Virus record (IMG/VR): IMGVR_UViG_3300037067_015211
Coordinates: 128,001-192,000 of that record
Strand: one strand, 5' to 3'
From: a virus
Lineage: Duplodnaviria > Caudoviricetes
DNA: 64,000 bases
Part shown: positions 8,907-18,594 of the stretch, piece after piece
How the letters are laid out: each line of letters starts with the position of its first letter
Position numbering within the stretch: the stretch's first letter is position 1
Program-made: the position numbers and the translations under genes
Notes under the pieces: generated by a model
Database searches by the model: none
What the model saw: only the letters and a program-made list of their open reading frames with translations
Told to the model about the DNA's origin: nothing

Positions 8907-11900
8907 CTATTTTTGCACTTGCAACACTTTTTCGCCTTTATTTTCCCTATTCTTTTTCCAAATATTTGCCCAACCATTATCCTTTATTTCTACCTTGATT
9001 GCAACAATATTCCCGATTACTAAATCTTTTTCGTGTAATTTCATGCTGTCATTCCAAAGGGGAACCCGCATTGATTCTACACCATCGCCTATCGTAAGCC
9101 AAATAAAATCATCGCCTTTGGATGTTTTTGACCTTTTAATTTCCTCTATCTGGGCCAGCACATACCACTTACCGGCCTCGCCTTTTATTGTACTCGGCAA
9201 CTCCCATTGCTTTTCTGCCACAAGATGCATATATTTTTCTATTGGATGCGGTTTAAGACTATACTCGTATAGTTCTGTTTCAATCTGTCTTTTCTTTTCC
9301 TCCGAATAATCTTCTATTTCTTTTTTCTGAATATCCTTTTCAAAGGCATCTACAAATATTGGCAACATGTCAGATGAAACTGGGGCTTTCCCGCCGTCCT
9401 TAAATACTCTTTTAGCATTTGCCCTATTAATATAAAGGGATTCTAATGCCCCCACATCGATTAATGCTTCAATTACATCACTCGATATCCCAACGCCCCT
9501 TCTGTTTGTGCGCAATAAAAAATCACCAAATGATTTGAAAGGCCGTAGCTTTTCAATCGCATAAAAAGCCGTGTTAACGCCCTTCACAAACCCTAGCCCG
9601 AGTCGTATTTTTCCATCTTCTATTGTATGGCCAAAGCCACTTTTGTTTATATCCAGTGGCAAAAATTCTAGGCCCATCCTCTTGGCTTCAATAAAATATT
9701 TTGCATGATTTTTAATCTCGTTCATGCAACAAACTAAAAATTCCACAGGATAATGCACCTTCAGCCACATACAAAAATAGCTAATAATGGAATATGCCGT
9801 AGCATGAGATTTGTTGAAGATATAAAGACCGCAATTTTCTATACTATCCCAAATTTTTTGCACCAAATCGGGAGCAAATCCATTTGCCAACGCACCATTA
9901 ATAAAATCATTTTTCCTTTTAGATAGCACATTTCCCGCGCCAGTCTTTTTTGCAATATCTTTTCTAACTTGATCGGCCTGAGCCATTGTCATACCGGCAA
10001 TTTCACGGCACAATCTCATCACTTGCTCTTGATAAACTAGAATACCATGAGATTCTTTTAAGGTTTCTTCCGTATTAGGCAGACATTTCATATCGCCAGA
10101 GGTATAATTTTTTACAAATCCATCTACGTCTAATCCCGGACGAATAATACTGATTAGTACAGGGATATCTGTAAATGTTTCTAGCTTCCCTATTTTTTTC
10201 AGGATAGATGTAGTGTTGTGGTTTTCCATCTGAAATACGCCGATTGTATTGCCCTTGCCAAACTCTTCAAATATTTGCTCATCGGCCTCCATATCCAGCT
10301 TGTACAAATCAGTGTATTGTTTTCCAATCATATTGCATGTTTGAATAATGGCCGGTAAATTAGAAAGGCCCAGCACGTCTAGCTTTAAATACCCCATTTT
10401 TTCCAGCCAAGTTCCTTCATATGATGTAATGATTTCATTGGAAACTTTTGCTATGGGCACCGCATCCTTGTCGGGCAAAATAGCTATACCAGAAGCGTGG
10501 GTAGAGTTGCCTCGTATTTTACCACAAATAACCATTGCATAATCGTATGCTTTTTTGAATGTGGAGTCGTTATGATATTTTTTCTTTACCTCTTCGTTTT
10601 CATTTAACTCTTCTTGCAAAGAATCTGTAGAAAAAGACTTGGTAATATTCTGTTCCGACATGGGCAGACCGAAAAACCTAAATGAATCCTTTAGGGCCAT
10701 CCTTGCCGCACACTGAAGAAATGTACCAATTTTGACTACCTTATCGCCATATTTACTGGCCAACAACTCACAGGCTTTTGTTCTATCGGAATAGTCAATA
10801 TCGATATCGGGCAATGATACTCTATCTGGGTTGATAAACCGCTCGAAATAAAGCCCGTATTTAATGGGATCTACCCTTGTGATATCCAAACAATATGATA
10901 CTAAACACCCTACTGCTGACCCTCTGCCCGGCCCCGTCTCTACGCCATTCTCGTGCATATGTTTTACGACATCGGCAACGAGAAGAATATACTCTACAAA
11001 TCCATTTTTTTCGATAACCGACACTTCATTTTTTAGCCTATCTAAATACTGTGCAGATTTATTTTTGTCAATAAAACCATCTGCAATAAGTCTTCTGAAG
11101 CCCTGCATAGTACGACTTTTAAATTCATGCACCGTATCAGAATATTCCATTTGGAACATCTTCAGCTTTTTGTCAAAATCAAAGTTTTCCACCTTCTCGG
11201 CTATCTGGCTAGTGCTTGCAAATAATTTGTCGAGCGTCTTGGCGTCTACCTCGTAACCGTAAATTTTGCTATCTGCTCTAATTTGTCTTTCACCCTTTAC
11301 CCAAAGTTCTTTGCCGCCGTCCCCCATTGTCTCGCCAGTTTGCCGTAAAGCCTCTTCTGCTTTTTCCAAAGTCTTATATTTTCTCAAAGCATAGGTATAG
11401 GCGTAGGTATTAAAATCTTCCTTTGTCCTATAATGAATATCGTTCGTAACGACTGGTTCTATGCCCAACTTTTCTGCCAGCACAAGAAGGGCACGATTTA
11501 TTTTCTTTTGTCTTGGGATTTCGTTAAACTGCAATTCTAAATAGAAGTCGTCTCGAAAGATATTCTTAAACTTCATTGTCTCGGCCAATGCCAAATCAAT
11601 TTTGTCCTCACCTATTAATCTAGGGATATACCCTTGTACACAGGCCGAAAGGCAAATTAGTCCTTCAGAATACTCGGCAAGTTTTTCAAAGGTGACACGA
11701 GGGACATAATAAAAGTTTTCTCTGACCGCCCAGTTATTTAGCTTTACTAGATTCCGATACCCCTGCAAATTTTTGCACAATAGAACAAGGTGGTAGTTAT
11801 CTTTAACCTTATCTCCGCCTACGGTGAAATAAGTTTCTATCCCAAGGATAGGCTTTACGCCATTTTCTTTTGCCTTGGCATGAAATAGTGGTAGGCCGCT

Positions 11901-12032
11901 CATTGAGCCATGATCGGTCAATGCCATAGCGGTAGATTTAGCCAACATACAAGCTTCGATGTATGTTTCTGGCGGCATTAACCCATCAAAAAAGCTATAG
12001 ATTGAATGGGCATGTAATGGGGAAAACATCAC
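8907..12032 (-). CDS. dnaE: DNA polymerase III alpha subunit
   Basis: PHP motifs (LHAHSIYSFFDG, TDHG, HLVLL, NDIHY), GPGRGSAVG, PDIDIDY, THASG, KLDVLGL, FNKSHA, C-terminal OB; no intein. Confidence 0.97.
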   Translation of the reverse strand: MMFSPLHAHSIYSFFDGLMPPETYIEACMLAKSTAMALTDHGSMSGLPLFHAKAKENGVKPILGIETYFTVGGDKVKDNYHLVLLCKNLQGYRNLVKLNNWAVRENFYYVPRVTFEKLAEYSEGLICLSACVQGYIPRLIGEDKIDLALAETMKFKNIFRDDFYLELQFNEIPRQKKINRALLVLAEKLGIEPVVTNDIHYRTKEDFNTYAYTYALRKYKTLEKAEEALRQTGETMGDGGKELWVKGERQIRADSKIYGYEVDAKTLDKLFASTSQIAEKVENFDFDKKLKMFQMEYSDTVHEFKSRTMQGFRRLIADGFIDKNKSAQYLDRLKNEVSVIEKNGFVEYILLVADVVKHMHENGVETGPGRGSAVGCLVSYCLDITRVDPIKYGLYFERFINPDRVSLPDIDIDYSDRTKACELLASKYGDKVVKIGTFLQCAARMALKDSFRFFGLPMSEQNITKSFSTDSLQEELNENEEVKKKYHNDSTFKKAYDYAMVICGKIRGNSTHASGIAILPDKDAVPIAKVSNEIITSYEGTWLEKMGYLKLDVLGLSNLPAIIQTCNMIGKQYTDLYKLDMEADEQIFEEFGKGNTIGVFQMENHNTTSILKKIGKLETFTDIPVLISIIRPGLDVDGFVKNYTSGDMKCLPNTEETLKESHGILVYQEQVMRLCREIAGMTMAQADQVRKDIAKKTGAGNVLSKRKNDFINGALANGFAPDLVQKIWDSIENCGLYIFNKSHATAYSIISYFCMWLKVHYPVEFLVCCMNEIKNHAKYFIEAKRMGLEFLPLDINKSGFGHTIEDGKIRLGLGFVKGVNTAFYAIEKLRPFKSFGDFLLRTNRRGVGISSDVIEALIDVGALESLYINRANAKRVFKDGGKAPVSSDMLPIFVDAFEKDIQKKEIEDYSEEKKRQIETELYEYSLKPHPIEKYMHLVAEKQWELPSTIKGEAGKWYVLAQIEEIKRSKTSKGDDFIWLTIGDGVESMRVPLWNDSMKLHEKDLVIGNIVAIKVEIKDNGWANIWKKNRENKGEKVLQVQK

Positions 12033-12039
12033 TCTCCAG

Positions 12040-13143
12040 CTAGGTCAAACAAACACACACATTAAAACATTTTTCATCTTCCGACATAAACAAAATCTTT
12101 GTTCTGTCTTTTTTCACAAAAAATCTAACACTCTCTTCAGCCTTGTAGTTTCCCACAAGATAACTCAAATGATTTGCCACTACACCAATTTCTATTTCCT
12201 GTACATCGGACACGATGGAACAATCAACCAGTTCCACCACATCGCAGTTTGATTCCGCATTCGTAATTTCCATTTCAGTCGGAGTAATCTTGATTTTAAT
12301 CTTCGCCTTTCCCTCTCCGTCCTTTACTACCTCCAGCCTCGACAGCGCATCCAGTAGAACGTCAGGGGCCACACTTACTTCAATTGTGTTTGTCAATTCC
12401 TTATTAAACTTTACCGCATTTTCTAAATCAATGTATTTCTCGTATTGTGCGGCCAAGCGTATAGCACGTAGCACGAAGTTCCCATAATACACGTAAATGA
12501 ACTTCTCGTCAAGCCCAATCTTGTATGGCTTGACCTTATATTTCTTGATGAATTCAAATAATTGCTTATGAATAGTCAGTTCATCAAAAAATTTGTCATC
12601 CTTGGCGTCAAACTTATATTCAGAGATGATGTAAGTATTTGATGCGTATCCCTTACCGTTTTGCACTCGTATTCCAAGCAAAGATGGTTTGGATGCTTCA
12701 AACACACTTGACGCTCTGGCTCCGTCCAAAAAGTTCAGGCCCGTTATGAAGTCCTCGGGCACCAAACAAAATTGTTCTGGTTCTTTGTATGTCAGGATTG
12801 CCGTTGCTTCGTGCAATGAAAAGCGACTCCGTGTTTTTTCACATACAATTGTAAGGTTGTTCTCATTTAGGGCAAGCTTCATCTTCTCCGCGACCTTCAG
12901 CTTTTTTACCAAAGATGCAAGAAGTTTGCCGTCGATGGAGAAGTTTCTATCGAACAAATTATTTTGGAACGAGAAAATCGCACTAAACGAATCGTCCCCT
13001 GCGATTACTTTATTTTTGTCAAAAAATCGTAAACACTTGTACTCTTCCACATTCGTTCTGGATGGAATGAAAGAAGATAGAACTTCAATCATATTTGTAA
13101 ATTCAGACACAAACACTTCTTTTTCATTTATTTGCTTGAACAT
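12040..13143 (-). CDS. dnaN: DNA polymerase III beta sliding clamp
   Basis: 367 aa, adjacent to dnaE, three-domain clamp pattern (KPSLLGI..., ASNTY, LLDALSRL). Confidence 0.75.
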   Translation of the reverse strand: MFKQINEKEVFVSEFTNMIEVLSSFIPSRTNVEEYKCLRFFDKNKVIAGDDSFSAIFSFQNNLFDRNFSIDGKLLASLVKKLKVAEKMKLALNENNLTIVCEKTRSRFSLHEATAILTYKEPEQFCLVPEDFITGLNFLDGARASSVFEASKPSLLGIRVQNGKGYASNTYIISEYKFDAKDDKFFDELTIHKQLFEFIKKYKVKPYKIGLDEKFIYVYYGNFVLRAIRLAAQYEKYIDLENAVKFNKELTNTIEVSVAPDVLLDALSRLEVVKDGEGKAKIKIKITPTEMEITNAESNCDVVELVDCSIVSDVQEIEIGVVANHLSYLVGNYKAEESVRFFVKKDRTKILFMSEDEKCFNVCVCLT

Positions 13144-13146
13144 GTT

Positions 13147-13551
13147 TTACACTTCCATAATCTTTTCGTCGTTATAAGTGCCGCTTTCATAAACACCATT
13201 TGTTGCATCTTCAAACTCAACTGTAATCGAAAAAGAAATCCCAGTCATAAAATTATTGATCCTAGTATAGAGCGTATTTGCCAACCTCTCGGGGGTGGGG
13301 TTGCCCATAATGGGCATGGCCACGCTCTTATCGGGCGGATTTTGATCCTTTGCATTATGAAGTGTTTTGCCATCCCAACCTCGAATGACGGGCGTTACCC
13401 TCTGCCAAACGTCCTCTTGGACAATTACATCGTTATGGGCCGGTGATGCCGCCTTGGCCGTAACAGAAATTACTGCAATACGAGAAACACCATCTTCATT
13501 GATCTTCTTCGTCTTGCAACTAACGCGAAACCTCTTTGTGCTCAGGTACAT
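13147..13551 (-). CDS. QueD/PTPS-like T-fold protein lacking catalytic His residues
   Basis: MYLSTKRF..., WDGKTL (for LDHxxL), NPTPERLA (for NPTxExLA), terminal VEFED strand. Confidence 0.55.
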   Translation of the reverse strand: MYLSTKRFRVSCKTKKINEDGVSRIAVISVTAKAASPAHNDVIVQEDVWQRVTPVIRGWDGKTLHNAKDQNPPDKSVAMPIMGNPTPERLANTLYTRINNFMTGISFSITVEFEDATNGVYESGTYNDEKIMEV

Positions 13552-13901
13552 TTTAACAACCTCCTAGTTAATTGATTTTTTAAAATAAGATCGACAACCA
13601 CCTTCTTTTTACCGGCCAATGTCCTATCTCTTCGAACAACATCATTTACCAGCCTAAACGTCACACCGTCAACTTCAAATAAATTTGGTGGCGTATCCTT
13701 CAGCGGGGGAATCGCCATTATCATATGATCCTTTACGGATATATAGTACAATAGCGATTCCCAAAACCTAAGCCAGCCATTATTCTCGAACTCACCCATA
13801 ATGGCCCTACAAATATTCAGCCGTCGTTCATCCTTGGAGTTTTCGAGCAGTCCATTGAACGAACGAATAAACCGCCAAACCAGTTTGTTACTTTTCGACA
13901 T
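13542..13901 (-). CDS. hypothetical protein
   Basis: 119 aa, overlaps both neighbours. Confidence 0.6.
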   Translation of the reverse strand: MSKSNKLVWRFIRSFNGLLENSKDERRLNICRAIMGEFENNGWLRFWESLLYYISVKDHMIMAIPPLKDTPPNLFEVDGVTFRLVNDVVRRDRTLAGKKKVVVDLILKNQLTRRLLKCT

Positions 13902-14622
13902 TCAAAAGACTCTTCAGTTGTGCAACCGTAAGCGTGATTGACATATCGTCCGTCAAAACATCCGACAGCCACAATGATTTTCCAGTTTTAACTTCTTCTT
14001 TATCCTCTTTTACCGCCTTTTCCTGCACAACTACTTTTGTGTCATTGGCAAGAACTTGCTTTGCTACATCCTCAGACACTCCAATTGGAGCAGATGATTT
14101 TACTTCCTTAGCAACAGGCTTTTCTGCCGCAAGTTCAGGGATGTCCTTTTGCTTTTCCTTCGCCAATTCCGCCGCCAACCTCTTCTGATCCTCAATGATC
14201 TGTTCCTTTGTGCGCCTTTTACGTCGTTTTTTGGGTTCTTCGGGCTTAGGCGCATCATCCAAATCACCCATAACCTCCATCTGTTCCTTCTGTACTTCTT
14301 CCACAGTAGGTTCTTTCACAGGCTCAGGCTTTTTGTTCATGTTGTTGCCACAAAACACACAAACTATTACTTCTTCCGCCTTGTTTTCTTTCTCTTCTTC
14401 CGGCTCTGGGGAAGGCATTTCTTCAAGACAATGCGGACATTGCACTATGTTGTAAACCTTCGGATCGTAATACGTAAGAGCATCGTGCAATAAAGATGCA
14501 ATATGTTTGTCGTCCATTTCTTCCGGCTTGACAATAATCGCACCCTTTGCCTTTACAAAATCCTCGTCTCCATTAAGATAATCAATTGCCGCCCTCATCT
14601 TTTCTCGGTCATACGTTGCCAT
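13888..14622 (-). CDS. Zn-ribbon protein with a basic KRRKRRTK motif
   Basis: CPHC...CVFC; charged low-complexity C-terminus; AAGGAG RBS. Confidence 0.7.
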   Translation of the reverse strand: MATYDREKMRAAIDYLNGDEDFVKAKGAIIVKPEEMDDKHIASLLHDALTYYDPKVYNIVQCPHCLEEMPSPEPEEEKENKAEEVIVCVFCGNNMNKKPEPVKEPTVEEVQKEQMEVMGDLDDAPKPEEPKKRRKRRTKEQIIEDQKRLAAELAKEKQKDIPELAAEKPVAKEVKSSAPIGVSEDVAKQVLANDTKVVVQEKAVKEDKEEVKTGKSLWLSDVLTDDMSITLTVAQLKSLLNVEK

Positions 14623-14643
14623 AGTTCTTTTCTCCTTCTAAAA

Positions 14644-15513
14644 TTATTTTATACCCAACTGCTGAAGTCGTTCATCTGAAACATTAATTTCCGGCTCTGT
14701 AACCGCGTCATTACTGTAAACCTTCATGCCCCATAGCTCTCCCAAAAACCCTTGATTGTAATATTTTTCTTCGTTGCGGCCAAAATCACCTTCATCCCAA
14801 TTGTCAAACACAATACGGTCACTATCATTTACCACAAAATTATTCGGGGATATGTTTTTATCAATCACTTTAGTAACTTTTTCACAAATATATTCTCTAA
14901 CTCTTGTGTTACGAATTTTATCTTCTTGTTCTTTGGTTAAGCTATATTTTGAAATATATTTGTCAACATCTTCTTTGGAAACCTTAACCCTTTCATATTG
15001 TTCATGAATATCCTTCATTGGCGTTAAAAGCTTTTTATCTTCATCAAGCCTAACGCCCTTCATTCTTTGAGAAAATTCATTGTCACACTGCTCGGCCACC
15101 TCATCTGATGGGTCATCATTATCTATGAAACAACCAAAGCCAAGTTGTTTCATTCTTTCATCCGATGGATTTATTTCCATTTCTTTCATAAGTCTAGTTG
15201 GGACTTGAAAAACTCGTATATCACCAAACAATTTGCCCATATACCCACATCTGATTTGAGATGTTTTTAGGCATCTTTTAAAGTTTGTTAAACCAAAAAC
15301 AGTAAGAAGGTAAGAATAGTCTAACGATGGAATAAAAAGCCTAGTAGCCCTTTCCCCTGTTTTTTGAAAATATTCTTCAAGTTTACCAGAAAGATATTCA
15401 AGAACTTTTGTATCTTTTATATTTGCTGTTTCCCCCTCTAAAAGTGATCTAACATACCCAAACTTTTCTGCATCATTAATTTTTTTGTTGTATAAATCAG
15501 CTAAAATACCCAT
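14644..15513 (-). CDS. tandem two-domain protein of the capsid A-domain-like family (paralog of 2128-2499)
   Basis: Two repeats ending GYMGKLFGDIRV...EMEINPSDERMKQLG and GFLGELWGMKV...EPEINVSDERLQQLG; start MGILADL after the AAGGAG RBS. Confidence 0.7.
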   Translation of the reverse strand: MGILADLYNKKINDAEKFGYVRSLLEGETANIKDTKVLEYLSGKLEEYFQKTGERATRLFIPSLDYSYLLTVFGLTNFKRCLKTSQIRCGYMGKLFGDIRVFQVPTRLMKEMEINPSDERMKQLGFGCFIDNDDPSDEVAEQCDNEFSQRMKGVRLDEDKKLLTPMKDIHEQYERVKVSKEDVDKYISKYSLTKEQEDKIRNTRVREYICEKVTKVIDKNISPNNFVVNDSDRIVFDNWDEGDFGRNEEKYYNQGFLGELWGMKVYSNDAVTEPEINVSDERLQQLGIK

Positions 15514-15537
15514 CTCTTTTCTCCTTCTGTTAATTTT
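15510..15537. repeat. 28-bp exact direct repeat copy 1 (5' leader with RBS and start codon)
   Basis: ccatctcttttctccttctgttaatttt, identical at 16081-16108. Confidence 0.9.
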
Positions 15538-16084
15538 GTGCAAACAACACTTCTTCTAAAACATTATCAACCAACTCGGCCAACAATTTTTCTTTTTGCA
15601 AAACAATAGAATATGGATAAACATAGGACAATTTTATCGCCAAATCAATCTGTTGTTTTGATGAGGCCGTTTTACAATGAAAAGGATCGCCCTTAACGAT
15701 AGTGCCCGTTAAGAAATCTTCCAATGTCCTTATAGCAAGACCCCAATTTGACGTTCTCTCTTCCTCTTCTTTTTCTTGGCCCAAAATAATTAGAGCCAAT
15801 TTATTTTTTGTTTCTCTACTAACCTCATCGGATAAAAAAATATTTTTAATTAACTTGTTAATCAATTCCGATATTATTTTAAATTTACTTAGTGTGCTCG
15901 GCGGGTAATTTTCACAAAGATATTTTACCAAATCAAAACTTGAGTCGTTCCCAGCAGACAATGTTTTTTCCAACACAGCCAATGTTTTTGTGGCAACTGG
16001 CCCATCTGCGCTTATTTTATCAAACGCAAGCCTATTGAAAAAATTTAACACAACAATCATTCCATCTGAATTATTGTTATCCAT
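15530..16084 (-). CDS. hypothetical protein (start MDNNNSDG)
   Basis: AAGGAG RBS inside the duplicated leader. Confidence 0.7.
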   Translation of the reverse strand: MDNNNSDGMIVVLNFFNRLAFDKISADGPVATKTLAVLEKTLSAGNDSSFDLVKYLCENYPPSTLSKFKIISELINKLIKNIFLSDEVSRETKNKLALIILGQEKEEEERTSNWGLAIRTLEDFLTGTIVKGDPFHCKTASSKQQIDLAIKLSYVYPYSIVLQKEKLLAELVDNVLEEVLFAQN

Positions 16085-16108
16085 CTCTTTTCTCCTTCTG
16101 TTAATTTT
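16081..16108. repeat. 28-bp exact direct repeat copy 2
   Basis: Identical to 15510-15537. Confidence 0.9.
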
Positions 16109-16112
16109 ACCC

Positions 16113-16140
16113 ATCATACCACATCTAATTAAACTTGCAA
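16113..16140 (-). promoter_or_regulatory. sigma70-type promoter
   Basis: TTGCAA-16 nt-TATGAT with TGn extension, just after the primase stop. Confidence 0.55.
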
Positions 16141-16148
16141 CAACTTTC

Positions 16149-17234
16149 CTACTTTTTTACCGTCTTCACAAAATATCTTCTCCTTACAAACGTTCCCATT
16201 CTTCTACTCTCTATATATTTCCCAAGATTATCCGTCTCGGCAGGATCCTTACCATCAGGTATTTCAATCAAATAAATTTTCCTGTTCGCCCCCTTATCCT
16301 TTAACTCTTCCCACAAAGCATATCCACTCGCATCGTTCTTATCTGGAATAACCCACAATTCTGGAAAACTATAGTATTTTTTAATGTTAGCATCAGATAC
16401 ATGTGTGCCAAAATTAGCCACTACATTATCGTATCCAGCCCTCTTTACCGCCCAACAATCAAATACGCCCTCTACCACTATCAAAGGCTTGTCCCTATCC
16501 ACATTATCATAGTTATACAAATAATTTGTTACCGAAAACCCCCTCGGATAAAGCACCTTCTTATCTTTACCAGCATGTTCCTTATGCATCTTCTTTTCAT
16601 ATTCGGCTATCAAAGAATTAAAATACTCTCTTGCCTCCGGCCTCTTGTCGTCAAATATCCTTCGGGCTAAAAACCCAACAACACGATTGTTTGACTCCAC
16701 TGGAATAATTGCTCTGCCAGCATAATACCCAAAATCGCAATAGCCAAGCAGATAAAAATCAACCAACTTCTTTGTAAGCCCCCTAGCAGATAGATATTTC
16801 CAGTATAGGTTGTCATTGTCGTAATCTATAAGTTTGTATCCTTTGGGCAAATCTATTTTTATTTCCTGCTTTGGTTTAGGCTTATTTACTTTCTTGGCTA
16901 CATTAAACGTAACGCCATCCAAGTTTCCATCACATCGGGCAAACAATTCTGCAATGGCATCTCCGTATCTTAGTCCCTTTACATGAGCATAAATTTTAAT
17001 AAAACCCTTGCCAGTCTTTTTGCACGATGAACCCCAGCATTTATATATATGGGTGTCTAGTGAGTAAAAGAAGCTGGGCGTTTTCTCATTATGAAATGGG
17101 CAACAGCACAATAATTGCTCACCGTATGATGTGGTGGCGTTTTTGTATTGTATGCCCAGTTCAGAAAAAACATCTTCCACTTTTAACTGGGAGTGGATGA
17201 TATTCCACTTCTTTAAGAATTCTTCATTTACCAA
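16149..17234 (-). CDS. dnaG: DNA primase (CHC2 Zn finger + TOPRIM)
   Basis: CPFHNEKTPSF...YKCWGSSC; GRAIIP; VVEGVFD; PDKND; GKDPAE. Confidence 0.93.
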   Translation of the reverse strand: MVNEEFLKKWNIIHSQLKVEDVFSELGIQYKNATTSYGEQLLCCCPFHNEKTPSFFYSLDTHIYKCWGSSCKKTGKGFIKIYAHVKGLRYGDAIAELFARCDGNLDGVTFNVAKKVNKPKPKQEIKIDLPKGYKLIDYDNDNLYWKYLSARGLTKKLVDFYLLGYCDFGYYAGRAIIPVESNNRVVGFLARRIFDDKRPEAREYFNSLIAEYEKKMHKEHAGKDKKVLYPRGFSVTNYLYNYDNVDRDKPLIVVEGVFDCWAVKRAGYDNVVANFGTHVSDANIKKYYSFPELWVIPDKNDASGYALWEELKDKGANRKIYLIEIPDGKDPAETDNLGKYIESRRMGTFVRRRYFVKTVKK

Positions 17235-17949
17235 CGTCTGCCAATCTCTTCAAAATAATGTCATAATACTTCTGTTCTTTTTCAATCAAAATAAATTGCC
17301 TATTCAAATTTTTGCATGCCACTCCAGTTGTGCCAGAACCAGCCGCATTGTCCAAAACGACATCACCTTCATTGGTATATGTCTTGATTAAATATTCAAA
17401 CAATGCCACTGGTTTTTGAGTAGGGTGTAAACCACCGGCTTCACATAAAATAAAGTCAATTATCAAACGAGGATAATTTGTAGCCTCTTGAAAGTTTTCT
17501 TTTCCAGAAGTGGAATAATTTTTTCCATTATGCCCCCTTCTTACAGTTTTATTATATGGCAAACAACCCTGTGGAAAATATTTATTACATCCGTTGGAAA
17601 ATATGACTATATCCTCATAATTTTTCATTGGCATTCTTTTGGCGTTTAAATGCCCGGTTGGTTTATTTTTTTTCCATACCCAAGAATATTTAAACATCTT
17701 TAAATTACTCATTACAAGCATGCTCGTAAATGGTTGCGATGCAGTTAATACTATCGCCGCCCCATCTTTTGTAACCCTCTTATATTGTTCCCACAATGGC
17801 TCAAATGGAACAATAATGTCCCATTCGCACTTGGTAATCTGATACGGCAAATCACAAAGAACCATATCAATAGATTTGTCTGGAATGTCCTTCATGACCT
17901 CCAGACAATCTCCCAATATTACTTTTTGTATTTTTTTTCTAAACATCAT
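17224..17949 (-). CDS. amino-DNA methyltransferase (N6A/N4C, beta class)
   Basis: GDCLEVM, CDLPY, HPTQKP, LDNAAGSGTT. Confidence 0.93.
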   Translation of the reverse strand: MMFRKKIQKVILGDCLEVMKDIPDKSIDMVLCDLPYQITKCEWDIIVPFEPLWEQYKRVTKDGAAIVLTASQPFTSMLVMSNLKMFKYSWVWKKNKPTGHLNAKRMPMKNYEDIVIFSNGCNKYFPQGCLPYNKTVRRGHNGKNYSTSGKENFQEATNYPRLIIDFILCEAGGLHPTQKPVALFEYLIKTYTNEGDVVLDNAAGSGTTGVACKNLNRQFILIEKEQKYYDIILKRLADVGK

Positions 17950-18383
17950 TTGCCACTCGACCCAAACCCCTTCTCGCCACGCACAGTTTCCGAAAGGGCG
18001 GATACTTCCACAACCTTAGTCGCCGGAATGGGAATGATTACCATCTGGGCAATCTTATCACCCTGAGCAATCTGAGGTAGACCACGATTGTTGGACGTTT
18101 GAAGGACAACACCAATCTCGCCCCTATAACCACAGTCCACTACGCCAGCAGTCACGTTAATACCCCATTTGGCCGACAGGGAAGAACGAGGCTTAATCAG
18201 CCCAAAATACCCCTCCGGTATCTCTACGGCAATGCCGGTCTTAATTGTAGCATGATCCAACGGTAAATCGCTAACCCCGCCAAATGACTCTGCCGCGTAC
18301 AAGTCCCATCCAGCATCCCCGTCATTGGCCCTTGTCGGCAATTTTGAATGGGGATACAGCTTTTTTACCTTGATTTCAATCAT
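17946..18383 (-). CDS. dut: trimeric dUTPase
   Basis: AGWDL, PRSSL, GVVDCGYRGEI, IAQ, RGEKGFGSSG. Confidence 0.96.
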   Translation of the reverse strand: MIEIKVKKLYPHSKLPTRANDGDAGWDLYAAESFGGVSDLPLDHATIKTGIAVEIPEGYFGLIKPRSSLSAKWGINVTAGVVDCGYRGEIGVVLQTSNNRGLPQIAQGDKIAQMVIIPIPATKVVEVSALSETVRGEKGFGSSGK

Positions 18384-18582
18384 CTTTAATCCTTTCGTTA
18401 TATTTATCTACACATTTTTGATAAAGTTCCGAGAATCCAGCATCAAATAAAATATTTTGAATCTCTTCTCTTGTATAGGCATCACCATTAACATAATTAT
18501 CAATAATTTCTGCTTCTAGTTGATCCCACCTTGCAGTATACCTTATAGCATCTAGTTTAAAATTGGCCGCCCAATCTCTCAT
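18376..18582 (-). CDS. hypothetical protein
   Basis: 68 aa, AGGA RBS. Confidence 0.55.
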   Translation of the reverse strand: MRDWAANFKLDAIRYTARWDQLEAEIIDNYVNGDAYTREEIQNILFDAGFSELYQKCVDKYNERIKDD

Positions 18583-18594
18583 TATTTTTTCCTA

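Noticed and set aside
15514-16117. Shared protein motif KINRRRKEM at the N-termini of two track ORFs
   Set aside because: It is the translation of the duplicated RBS leader; the true starts are the following ATGs
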